From an uncultured Solirubrobacteraceae bacterium (GTDB lineage Bacteria; Actinomycetota; Thermoleophilia; Solirubrobacterales; Solirubrobacteraceae): 64,000 bases of DNA. A program made the translations under genes and the position numbers. The first letter of the stretch is position 1. Every line of letters begins with the position of its first letter. This document shows, piece by piece, positions 19,446-27,049 of this stretch. The notes beneath the pieces were generated by a model. That model saw only the letters and a program-made list of their open reading frames with translations. It made no database searches and was not told where the DNA came from. The DNA lies in contig CAZPQW010000008.1 in NCBI GenBank assembly GCA_964588985.1, positions 32,001 through 96,000 of the forward strand. The letters run 5' to 3'.

Positions 19446-21928
19446 TGATGCGCAAACGCACACGCTCGCTCCCACGTCGTGCGCTCAAGGGAGCCCTGCT
19501 TGGCCTGGTCGTCCTTGCTGTGCTGCCGTCGGTGGCGTTCGCGGAAGCGCCGGAAGCGCCGGCGATGGAACCCGCGACGGCGATCACGGGCACGTCGGCG
19601 ACGTTGAACGGGGAACTGAACCCCGGGGCGAGCGTGGAAAAGGTGTCCTACCGGTTCTTCTATAGCCCTGGCGGGGAATGCACGAGCTTCCTCGCGGTGC
19701 CCGCCGAACCGCCGTTCCCGGAAGCCGAAGGCAGCCATCAGAAAGTCTCTGCGCCCGTGACTGGTTTGGAGGCGCTGACGACATATCAGGTGTGTCTGCT
19801 TGCGTCGAACCCGGCCAATGAAGCCGAAGCGACGTTCAGCCTCGCCCCGGACGTATTCGAAACGGCCGCGTCGAAGCCGGTCGTGATCTCTGAGACGGCG
19901 GCTGGCGTCACGCCGTTCGCAGCGAGCCTGCAGGCGGAAGTGAACCCGGAGAACCAGCCTACGACGAGCTGCGTGTTCGAATACGGCAAAGCGGCCCTCG
20001 GGGAAAACAAACTTCCCTGCGAACAGCTCGAATTCACGGGGGGCGCCCCTGGCACGGCGACCCGCACGCTGGCGGGCCTCTCACCGCACACGAAATACAA
20101 GTTCCGGGTGGTCGTGAAGAACGCCACCGGGGAAACGAAAGGCACAGAACAATCCTTCGAAACGCTCGCGGTGGAAACCCCGTCCGTTACGAGCGAGAGC
20201 GTCAGCAGCATTCAGCCTTTCCAGGCGCGCCTCGAAGGGATCCTGAACCCGAACTTCCAGCCCACAAAATGCAAGTTCTCCTACGGTCTGGCCGTGGGGG
20301 AACACGAAACGCCGTGCGAACCGGAACTCTTCGAAGGATTCGGGGAACAGGGGTTCGGGGCGAACGTCACCGGCCTTGAAGCCGGCACGACCTACCACTA
20401 CGAGGTCCTCGCCCGCAACGCCGCCGGAGAAACCACCGGCAGCGAACAGGAATTCACGACCCCGGCTCTCGAAGCACCCGTGTTTGGGGCCGAGAGCTCT
20501 TCGGGGATCACTTCCACGGACGCCCAGCTCGAAGCCAGGATCAACCCGGATGCGCAGGAAACGAGCGTGACGTTCGAATACTCAACCGAACAATCCGCTG
20601 TCGAAGAAGGCAAAGGCACGCCGGTGTCCGCCGCGGCCCTGCCGGCGGCCTTCGAAGAAGTCACAGCCGGCCCAGTCGACCTCGGCGGGAACCTCGCCCC
20701 CGGAACCACCTACTTCTACCGTGTCATCGCGACGAACCCGAAGGGGGAAACCGCGGGGCCCGTGGAACAGTTCACGACCAGCCCGGCGGAACCCCCGATC
20801 ATTCTCGGCGAGAGCGCGAGCAACGTCACCGAAACCGGGGCGGACCTGGAAGCCACGATCAACCCGAACAGCCACGAAGCGACCTACAGCTTCGAATACT
20901 CAACCGAAGAATCCGCCGTCCAGAAAGGCGAAGGCACGACCGTCAAAGGCAAAACCCCGCTCCCTGCCGTCAACGAAGAACTCCCCGCCGGCCCGATCCA
21001 CCTCGCCGGCCTGCAGGCAGCGACCGTCTACTACTACCGGATCATCGCGGTCAACCCCGTCATGGGCACCGTCGATGGGGCCGTCCAGAGCTTCCACACG
21101 CTCGGGAAGCCCGCGATCACGACCGAACCAGAAGCAACGACACGCACCACCGCGACGATCAACGCCACGATCAACCCAAACGGGTCCCCGACGCTCTACA
21201 GCATCCTCTACATCGCGGAATGCACCGAAGAAAGCACCCTGTGCCCTGAAGAAGAAAGCATCGGCATCCGCACCATCCCCACGAGCAGCTACACCCCCCA
21301 GCCAGCGGGCCCCGTGACCCTCCAGGAACTCAAACCGGGCACCACCTACTTCTACATCGTGATCGCGACCAACCAAGCCGGCACCACGATCAGCGAAGAA
21401 CAAGAATTCACAACCAGCCCCCGAACCCCACCCACCGCCACACTCAACCCCGCAACCAGCATCACCCCGACCACCGCGACCATCACCGCGACCATCGACA
21501 CCCGCGGGCTACCGACCACCATCAGCCTTCAGGTCGGCACCGAACCCGCCAACACCACCCCGATCAACGCCACCACCACACAAGAAAACAACACCATCCA
21601 CGCCACCGCCATCCTCCAAGGCCTACAACCCAACACCACCTACACCATCACCCTGACCGCCACCAACCCGGACGGCACAACCACACCCACCACAACCACC
21701 TTCACCACACCCCCCAACCCGGCCCTACTCACCACCCCGCCCACTTCGCCCACCCTCACCTACACGCCCATAACCACCATCACGACCCAACAAAACAAAG
21801 AAGACAAGCAAAACATTCAGCGAGAACTCCTCAACAAAGCACTGAAGACCTGCAGGCACAAGCCCAAGCACCAACGCAAGCACTGCGAACGGCAAGCACG
21901 CAAGAGATACGGCAAGAGAACGAGCTAG
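19445..21928 (+). CDS. Secreted fibronectin type III repeat protein (about 7 domains) with basic Cys-pair tail
   Basis: TGATG coupling with upstream gene; repeats 'A.L.A.INP...L.PGTTY.YRV.ATN..G......FTT'; tail 'LNKALKTCRHKPKHQRKHCERQARKRY'. Confidence 0.88.
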   Translation: MMRKRTRSLPRRALKGALLGLVVLAVLPSVAFAEAPEAPAMEPATAITGTSATLNGELNPGASVEKVSYRFFYSPGGECTSFLAVPAEPPFPEAEGSHQKVSAPVTGLEALTTYQVCLLASNPANEAEATFSLAPDVFETAASKPVVISETAAGVTPFAASLQAEVNPENQPTTSCVFEYGKAALGENKLPCEQLEFTGGAPGTATRTLAGLSPHTKYKFRVVVKNATGETKGTEQSFETLAVETPSVTSESVSSIQPFQARLEGILNPNFQPTKCKFSYGLAVGEHETPCEPELFEGFGEQGFGANVTGLEAGTTYHYEVLARNAAGETTGSEQEFTTPALEAPVFGAESSSGITSTDAQLEARINPDAQETSVTFEYSTEQSAVEEGKGTPVSAAALPAAFEEVTAGPVDLGGNLAPGTTYFYRVIATNPKGETAGPVEQFTTSPAEPPIILGESASNVTETGADLEATINPNSHEATYSFEYSTEESAVQKGEGTTVKGKTPLPAVNEELPAGPIHLAGLQAATVYYYRIIAVNPVMGTVDGAVQSFHTLGKPAITTEPEATTRTTATINATINPNGSPTLYSILYIAECTEESTLCPEEESIGIRTIPTSSYTPQPAGPVTLQELKPGTTYFYIVIATNQAGTTISEEQEFTTSPRTPPTATLNPATSITPTTATITATIDTRGLPTTISLQVGTEPANTTPINATTTQENNTIHATAILQGLQPNTTYTITLTATNPDGTTTPTTTTFTTPPNPALLTTPPTSPTLTYTPITTITTQQNKEDKQNIQRELLNKALKTCRHKPKHQRKHCERQARKRYGKRTS

Positions 21929-21959
21929 CTCGGTGACCAGCAGCACAGCGCCGGAGTAA

Positions 21960-21998
21960 GAAACTGCGCTTGCATAATGCTGACAGTTCCCTTATTAT
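21960..21998 (+). promoter_or_regulatory. GAAACTGCGC-TTGCAT-N17-TATTAT promoter (cassette 3)
   Basis: Shared architecture; -10 lies inside a perfect 12-bp inverted repeat. Confidence 0.7.
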
Positions 21999-22014
21999 TC
22001 AGAATAAGGGAACT
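21985..22014. repeat. Perfect 12-bp inverted repeat AGTTCCCTTATT-N6-AATAAGGGAACT
   Basis: Read directly. Confidence 0.85.
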
Positions 22015-22055
22015 ACTGGAAGATGCGGTTCCTGGAGGGATGTCCCCGAGCCTTC

Positions 22056-22100
22056 ATGATTGACGCTACTCCGAGTGGGCGCTTACAAGTCCAATCGTAA
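22056..22100 (+). CDS. Putative TTA leader peptide MIDATPSGRLQVQS (cassette 3)
   Basis: TTA at codon 10; TAA overlaps the main gene's AAGGAG. Confidence 0.5.
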   Translation: MIDATPSGRLQVQS

Positions 22101-22117
22101 AGGAGTGGTTGAGGCAT

Positions 22118-22735
22118 ATGAGGCGTGTAACAACGACAGCCATGGGGCTGGTGGCCCTTGTGGCGGTGCTGCTGCTCGGCGTGTTCTTCGCCGGGTCGGC
22201 ATCGGCGCACTTATTCTTATACACAGGACCCTTACCGACCTTACTGTTACTCTTAAGTGATAGCGCGCAGATCTTCAGCTTTGTGCCAGAAGGCCTGCAA
22301 ATAAGTTGTCCGCATTTCTTAGGTCACATCCTGTTCTCTGGCGGGACGATGTGGGGATTAACGACCAAAGTCACTGGTGACTATCCCGGCAAATGCACGA
22401 TGACCGGTGGCTCCAAACTGACTTTCTCACCGGTGGAATATGAACTCAATGCCGACGGAACGATATCGATTCTCAAAACTATCACGATTACGGCCGGTAG
22501 TCCGGCCAGCTGCAGTTTCTTAATCGAACCGACCGCAGCGAATCAGAACCTCTCAAGCCTCTTATTCTTAAAAGATCCTCTGAACTCTTCGGCACTGTTA
22601 GCGCACGTCGCTGTTGGAGGCATCCACTCAAAAGGAACCAATGGGCTATGCGCCGAAGGCGGGGAACACACGAACACAACATATTTCGGCTTAATCTTAG
22701 TGCGGGTCGATGGAGGTAACGTTACATGGGAGTAG
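22118..22735 (+). CDS. Secreted TTA-rich protein, copy 3
   Basis: Clear paralog; 14 TTA codons at the same aligned positions as copy 1. Confidence 0.9.
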   Translation: MRRVTTTAMGLVALVAVLLLGVFFAGSASAHLFLYTGPLPTLLLLLSDSAQIFSFVPEGLQISCPHFLGHILFSGGTMWGLTTKVTGDYPGKCTMTGGSKLTFSPVEYELNADGTISILKTITITAGSPASCSFLIEPTAANQNLSSLLFLKDPLNSSALLAHVAVGGIHSKGTNGLCAEGGEHTNTTYFGLILVRVDGGNVTWE

Positions 22736-22749
22736 CTCGTTAGCCGCCA

Positions 22750-22781
22750 GGTGGGAGCCGGGCTGATGTCCGGCTCCCACC
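22750..22781. terminator. Hairpin GGTGGGAGCCGGGC-TGAT-GTCCGGCTCCCACC after cassette 3
   Basis: 14-bp stem with one G-U pair, between convergent genes. Confidence 0.7.
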
Positions 22782-22810
22782 CGCGGTCATACCGGTCGTG
22801 GGTGAATGAC

Positions 22811-24559
22811 TCACGTGGATCGTCTACACAGGAGCCTGAATTTCGGCCAGGGCAGCGCGTTCGCCACTGCATCGGTGTTCAACCACGCCCGTCGCGCCGT
22901 AGCGACCCCCCAGCGCATGTTCGTCAGCGTAGCCGTCCGGTGCGCATCGGAGTCGATCACGATTCGAACGCCGGCCCGATGAGCGGCCTGAGCATGCACA
23001 TCGGACAAATCGCGCCGATCCGGATTCCCATTGATCTCTAGCGTCGTCCCAGTCCGCGCGGCCGCAGCAAACATAGTCTCAAGATCAACTGCGTAAGGCG
23101 CGCGCCGCCCGATCAGTCTCCCAGTCGGATGCCCGATCGTATCGACAAGCGGATGCTCAATCGCGGCTACTATCCGCTCAGTCATGGCCTGCTCACCCAT
23201 CCCGAATGACGTATGCACACTGGCGATGACCCAGTCGAGCTGCGCGAGCAGCTCATCCTCATAATCGAGCGACCCGTCGGGCAGGATGTTAACCTCGCTC
23301 CCCGCCAGCAGCTCGATCCCCGCGATCCGCTCGTTCGCCTCGCGCACCAACTCGATCTGCCGCCGCAACTGCTCAGGCGAGACGTCGTTGCCGAACCCGT
23401 GGCTGGCCGAGTGGTCGGTGATGGCGAGGTACTCGTATCCTCGCTCTCGAGCAGCAAGCGCCATCTCCTCGATCGTGTTGTGCCCATCGGAGGCGATGGT
23501 GTGGCAGTGCAGATCTCCGCGGATGTCCCCGAGCTCGATCAGTCTCGGCAGTCCGTTCGGCGACGAGGCCGCCTCCAGCTCGCCCCGGTTCTCCCGCAGC
23601 TCCGGCGGGATGTAGGCAAGCCCGAGCCGCGCATAGACCTCCGCCTCGCTCGTGTACGCGCCGGAGACCCCGGTGGCATCGTCGAGAACGCCGTACTCGG
23701 ACACATGCAGCCCACGCCTCACCGCCGCCTCCCGCAGCGCGGCGTTGTGCGCCCCCGAGCCGGTGAAGTGCTGCAGCAGGTTGCCGAGCTGTGCCGGCTT
23801 GGCGATCCGCAGGTCGATCCCGACCCCCGAGTGCGTGCGTGCCTTGGCCCCTGCCTTGCCGGCGGAGCTGACGCTCTCGATCTCCTCCAGCTTCGCCAGA
23901 CTCTTGGCGAGCGCCGTGGGACGCGTGGTCGCGGCGACGAGGTCGATGTCCTTGACGCTGTCGGCCTGCCGGCGCGCGGAGCCGGCGAGCTGCACGTACG
24001 TGCCCTCCCCGCCCAGCTCCAGCAGCCCCGCAACAAGCGCCTCGCCGATCTCGATCGCCCGCGGCAAGAGGATCCGCTGAGCTCCGGCGCCCGCCGGCCG
24101 TGCGTCCATCTCCGCGAGCGCGGCGAGGACCCCTTCCTCGAACTTGGCGCCCAGCCCGCGAACGGTCCGCAGCCGCTGCGCCAGGGCGGCCTCGCGCAGC
24201 GCCTGCGGCGAGTCGATCCCCAGCTCGGCGTGCAGCAGCCGGGCTCGCTTGGGGCCGAGCCCCGGCAGCCTGGTGATCGCGACGAGGCCGGCGGGGAACT
24301 TGGCGCGCAGCCGCTCGGCCGAGGGGATGGCGCCGGTCTGCGCGAGCGTGAGGATCTTCTCCTGCAGGGTCTTGCCGATGCCAGGCAGCTCGGTGGCTCG
24401 CCCCGCACGCGCGAGCGCGGCGACCGACACCGAGGCCTCACGCACGGCTTTGGCGGCGGTCCGGTACGCCACGACGCGGTGGACGATGGCGCCGTCGAGC
24501 TCGTAGAGATCGCCCAGCTCTTCGAAGGCATCCGCGATGACGGCGTTCGACGGGTCCAC
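22811..24559 (-). CDS. polX: DNA polymerase X / PHP 3'-5' exonuclease
   Basis: 'LPGIGK' HhH, 'AGSARR..DSVKDID', 'HFTGS..HN', PHP 'DLHCHT..SDG', 'TDHS', 'DSDAH'; GTG start chosen. Confidence 0.95.
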   Translation of the reverse strand: MDPSNAVIADAFEELGDLYELDGAIVHRVVAYRTAAKAVREASVSVAALARAGRATELPGIGKTLQEKILTLAQTGAIPSAERLRAKFPAGLVAITRLPGLGPKRARLLHAELGIDSPQALREAALAQRLRTVRGLGAKFEEGVLAALAEMDARPAGAGAQRILLPRAIEIGEALVAGLLELGGEGTYVQLAGSARRQADSVKDIDLVAATTRPTALAKSLAKLEEIESVSSAGKAGAKARTHSGVGIDLRIAKPAQLGNLLQHFTGSGAHNAALREAAVRRGLHVSEYGVLDDATGVSGAYTSEAEVYARLGLAYIPPELRENRGELEAASSPNGLPRLIELGDIRGDLHCHTIASDGHNTIEEMALAARERGYEYLAITDHSASHGFGNDVSPEQLRRQIELVREANERIAGIELLAGSEVNILPDGSLDYEDELLAQLDWVIASVHTSFGMGEQAMTERIVAAIEHPLVDTIGHPTGRLIGRRAPYAVDLETMFAAAARTGTTLEINGNPDRRDLSDVHAQAAHRAGVRIVIDSDAHRTATLTNMRWGVATARRAWLNTDAVANALPWPKFRLLCRRST

Positions 24560-24580
24560 TCCTCTAGGGTACGCGGACGA

Positions 24581-25300
24581 ATGTCTGGGGCGCCCTGGCT
24601 GATACTGCCCACCTACAACGAGGCTGAGAACGTGAAGGCGATCCTCGCCGCCGCCGGCGAGGTGCTCGCGAGCGCGGCTCCGGACGGCTTTCGCGTGCTG
24701 GTGGTCGACGACGGCTCGCCTGACGGCACGGGTCGGCTGGCGGATGAGATGGCGGCGGAGCACGAGTGGGTTCAGGTGCTCCACCGCACGGAGAAGAACG
24801 GCATCGGCCCCGCCTACCTGGCGGGCTTCCGTCACGCGCTCGACCAGGGCGCCGGCTACGTGATGGAGATGGACTCGGACTTCTCCCACGACCCGGCCGA
24901 CCTGGCGCGGCTGCTTGAGGCGGTCCGCGACGGCGCCGACCTGGCGCTCGGCTCGCGCTACGTCCCGGGCGGAGGGGTGACCGACTGGGGGCTCTTGCGA
25001 CGCTTCATCAGCGAGGGCGGCTCCACCTACGCGCGGCTCGTGCTCGGCCTGAAGGTGCGCGACCTGACGGGCGGCTTCAAGTGCTTCCGCCGCGAGGTAT
25101 TGGAGGCCATCCACTTCGACGGCGTGCGCTCGCAGGGCTACGCGTTCCAGGTCGAGCTGACCTATCGCGCGGTCCAGGCCGGCTTCAAGGTCGTCGAGGT
25201 GCCGATCGTGTTTCGCGACCGCCAGCAGGGGACAAGCAAGATGTCCTGGCGCATCGCCGCCGAGGCGATGTGGCTGGTTCCGCTTCTGCGCTTCAGGTAG
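24581..25300 (+). CDS. Polyprenol monophosphomannose synthase (GT2, Ppm1/DPM1-like)
   Basis: 'LPTYNEAEN', 'VDDGSPDGTG', 'MDSDFSHDP', 'DLTGGFKCFRR', 'GYAFQVEL'. Confidence 0.92.
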   Translation: MSGAPWLILPTYNEAENVKAILAAAGEVLASAAPDGFRVLVVDDGSPDGTGRLADEMAAEHEWVQVLHRTEKNGIGPAYLAGFRHALDQGAGYVMEMDSDFSHDPADLARLLEAVRDGADLALGSRYVPGGGVTDWGLLRRFISEGGSTYARLVLGLKVRDLTGGFKCFRREVLEAIHFDGVRSQGYAFQVELTYRAVQAGFKVVEVPIVFRDRQQGTSKMSWRIAAEAMWLVPLLRFR

Positions 25301-25326
25301 CCGCGCAGCAGGCCGATGTCGAACAC

Positions 25327-26076
25327 ATGGATGCGTCCGCATACGCGTTCGCCCACGGCGTGCGGCATACGCGCGCGACGCTCCGTGCGTGGCAGGAGCA
25401 GCCCGGCCGGGTGGTCGGTCGCTGGGTGGCGGGCTCGGCCGCTGCGTCCGCAGGCCTGCTCGTCGCGGTGCTCGTCATCGCCTCGCTCGATCACGGCTAC
25501 CAGCAGATCGTCAGTCTGCAGCCGCCGTTCGGTCAGGGCGACGTCGGAGACGTGCTGCACGTGCTGCGCAGCAACATGCTCGTGCTGGCCCTGCACGCGA
25601 TGGCGTGCGTGGCGGGGTTCATCGCCGGCAGCTCGCTGCCTCTGCAGGCCGAGCGCCACAGCGGCGTATCGCGCTGGGTCCACGAACACGGCGGGCGGAT
25701 CGCGATCGCGTTCGTCGCCTGCGCGACGACGTTCTCGCTGAGCGCGCAGGCGTATCTCATCGGGCACTCGCTCGCGGGAGTGTCGGGCTTCCTCGAAGTC
25801 TCGCCGGGGCTACTCCTGCTGGGCGTGCTGCCGCACGCGATCCCCGAGCTGATCGCGCTGTTCCTGCCGCTGGCGGCGTGGATCATCGCGAGCCGTCGCG
25901 GGGAGTGGGAGCAGCTGCTGGCGGCGACGGTCGTGACGGTGGCGCTGGCCGTGCCTGTGCTCGTCGTGGCCGCATTCGTAGAGGTCTACGTCTCGCCGCA
26001 CCTCTTCGCGGCTCTGACCCACATCCACCCGCCGATCGTGCGCCAATCCGAAGGGTGGACCGTCATCGTGCGCTAG
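25327..26076 (+). CDS. SpoIIM-like (DUF95) membrane protein
   Basis: 'LPHAIPEL', 'AAFVEVYVSP', multiple TM helices. Confidence 0.75.
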   Translation: MDASAYAFAHGVRHTRATLRAWQEQPGRVVGRWVAGSAAASAGLLVAVLVIASLDHGYQQIVSLQPPFGQGDVGDVLHVLRSNMLVLALHAMACVAGFIAGSSLPLQAERHSGVSRWVHEHGGRIAIAFVACATTFSLSAQAYLIGHSLAGVSGFLEVSPGLLLLGVLPHAIPELIALFLPLAAWIIASRRGEWEQLLAATVVTVALAVPVLVVAAFVEVYVSPHLFAALTHIHPPIVRQSEGWTVIVR

Positions 26077-26093
26077 GTCGCAAACGCTGGTAG

Positions 26094-26132
26094 GAAACTG
26101 CGCTTGCACGATACCGTCCGCGAGCATATAAT
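26094..26132 (+). promoter_or_regulatory. GAAACTGCGC-TTGCAC-N17-TATAAT promoter (cassette 4)
   Basis: Near-consensus sigma70 promoter with the shared upstream box. Confidence 0.78.
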
Positions 26133-26186
26133 TCTAGCTAAGGAGTCGTTTCGCATAGTTGGTTCCCTAAGGGGTGTCCTGGCCTG

Positions 26187-26231
26187 ATGATCGACGCTAC
26201 TCCGAGTGGGCGCTTACAAGTCCAATCGTAA
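26187..26231 (+). CDS. Putative TTA leader peptide MIDATPSGRLQVQS (cassette 4)
   Basis: Same peptide as cassette 3, one synonymous change (ATT/ATC). Confidence 0.5.
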   Translation: MIDATPSGRLQVQS

Positions 26232-26248
26232 AGGAGTGGTTGAGGCAC

Positions 26249-26875
26249 ATGAGACATGTAACAACGACAGCCACGGGTCTGATGGCCCTTGTGATGATGC
26301 TGGTGCTCGGGGTGTTCTCCGCCGGGTCGGCGTCGGCGCACTTATTTTTATACACAGGACCATTACCGGTCTTACTTTTACTCTTAAGTGACAATGCGCA
26401 GATCTTCAACCCTGCAGAGGGTAATGAAGGTACTAGCATTAGCTGCCCGCATTTCCGTGGCCACATACTATTCGCTGGTGGCACGATGTGGGGGTTAACG
26501 GCCAAAGTAACTGGCGAATATCCTGGAAAGTGCAAAGGATTCATCGGCGCCAAAGCAACCGTCTCACCGGTTGAATACGAAATCAATGCCGATGGCACGA
26601 TATCGGTTCTCAAAACCATTACGATCACGATCGGTAGTCCGTGGATCTGCAGTCTCTTAGTCGATCCGGTCGCCGCGAATCAGAATCTCTCGGGCCTCTT
26701 ATTCTTAAAAGATCCTCTGGCCCCGAGCTTAGCCCTATTAGTGCACGCTGCGGTTGGAGGCATCCACTCATTAGGCACAAACGGGGAATGTGCTGAAGCA
26801 GGAGAACATCCTGCAGGTACCTATTTCGGCTTAATCTTAGTATGGGCTCATGGGGGCACCGTTTCATGGGAGTAG
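26249..26875 (+). CDS. Secreted TTA-rich protein, copy 4
   Basis: Paralog with 15 TTA codons; ATG chosen by homology. Confidence 0.9.
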   Translation: MRHVTTTATGLMALVMMLVLGVFSAGSASAHLFLYTGPLPVLLLLLSDNAQIFNPAEGNEGTSISCPHFRGHILFAGGTMWGLTAKVTGEYPGKCKGFIGAKATVSPVEYEINADGTISVLKTITITIGSPWICSLLVDPVAANQNLSGLLFLKDPLAPSLALLVHAAVGGIHSLGTNGECAEAGEHPAGTYFGLILVWAHGGTVSWE

Positions 26876-26882
26876 TGGCGCA

Positions 26883-26915
26883 GGGTGGGAGTTGGCTGGT
26901 GTCTGGCTCCCGCCC
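26883..26915 (+). terminator. Conserved 3' hairpin GGGTGGGAGTTGG...CTGGCTCCCGCCC after cassette 4
   Basis: Homologous to the hairpins after copies 1-3. Confidence 0.6.
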
Positions 26916-27049
26916 ACCGTCCCGTCGCCCTCGCCACCCCGACCACGCGCGAGCCCAGCCTTCTGGGTAGCGCCACCCTGGACCGTCCTGGCCACCCCAG
27001 ACCGCCCCTTTACTTTGTATAGTGGATGGCAAGCAACCAAGGAGACCCC

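Noticed and set aside
23213-25342. Long overlapping ORFs for polX (843 aa) and the GT2 (695 aa)
   Set aside because: The extensions are antisense shadows of each other; recognisable proteins start at 24559 and 24581.
2015-26875. Diversity-generating retroelement or integron explanation for the paralog cassettes
   Set aside because: No reverse transcriptase or integrase in the window, differences between copies are not adenine-specific, and the hairpins lack attC-type GTTRRRY ends.
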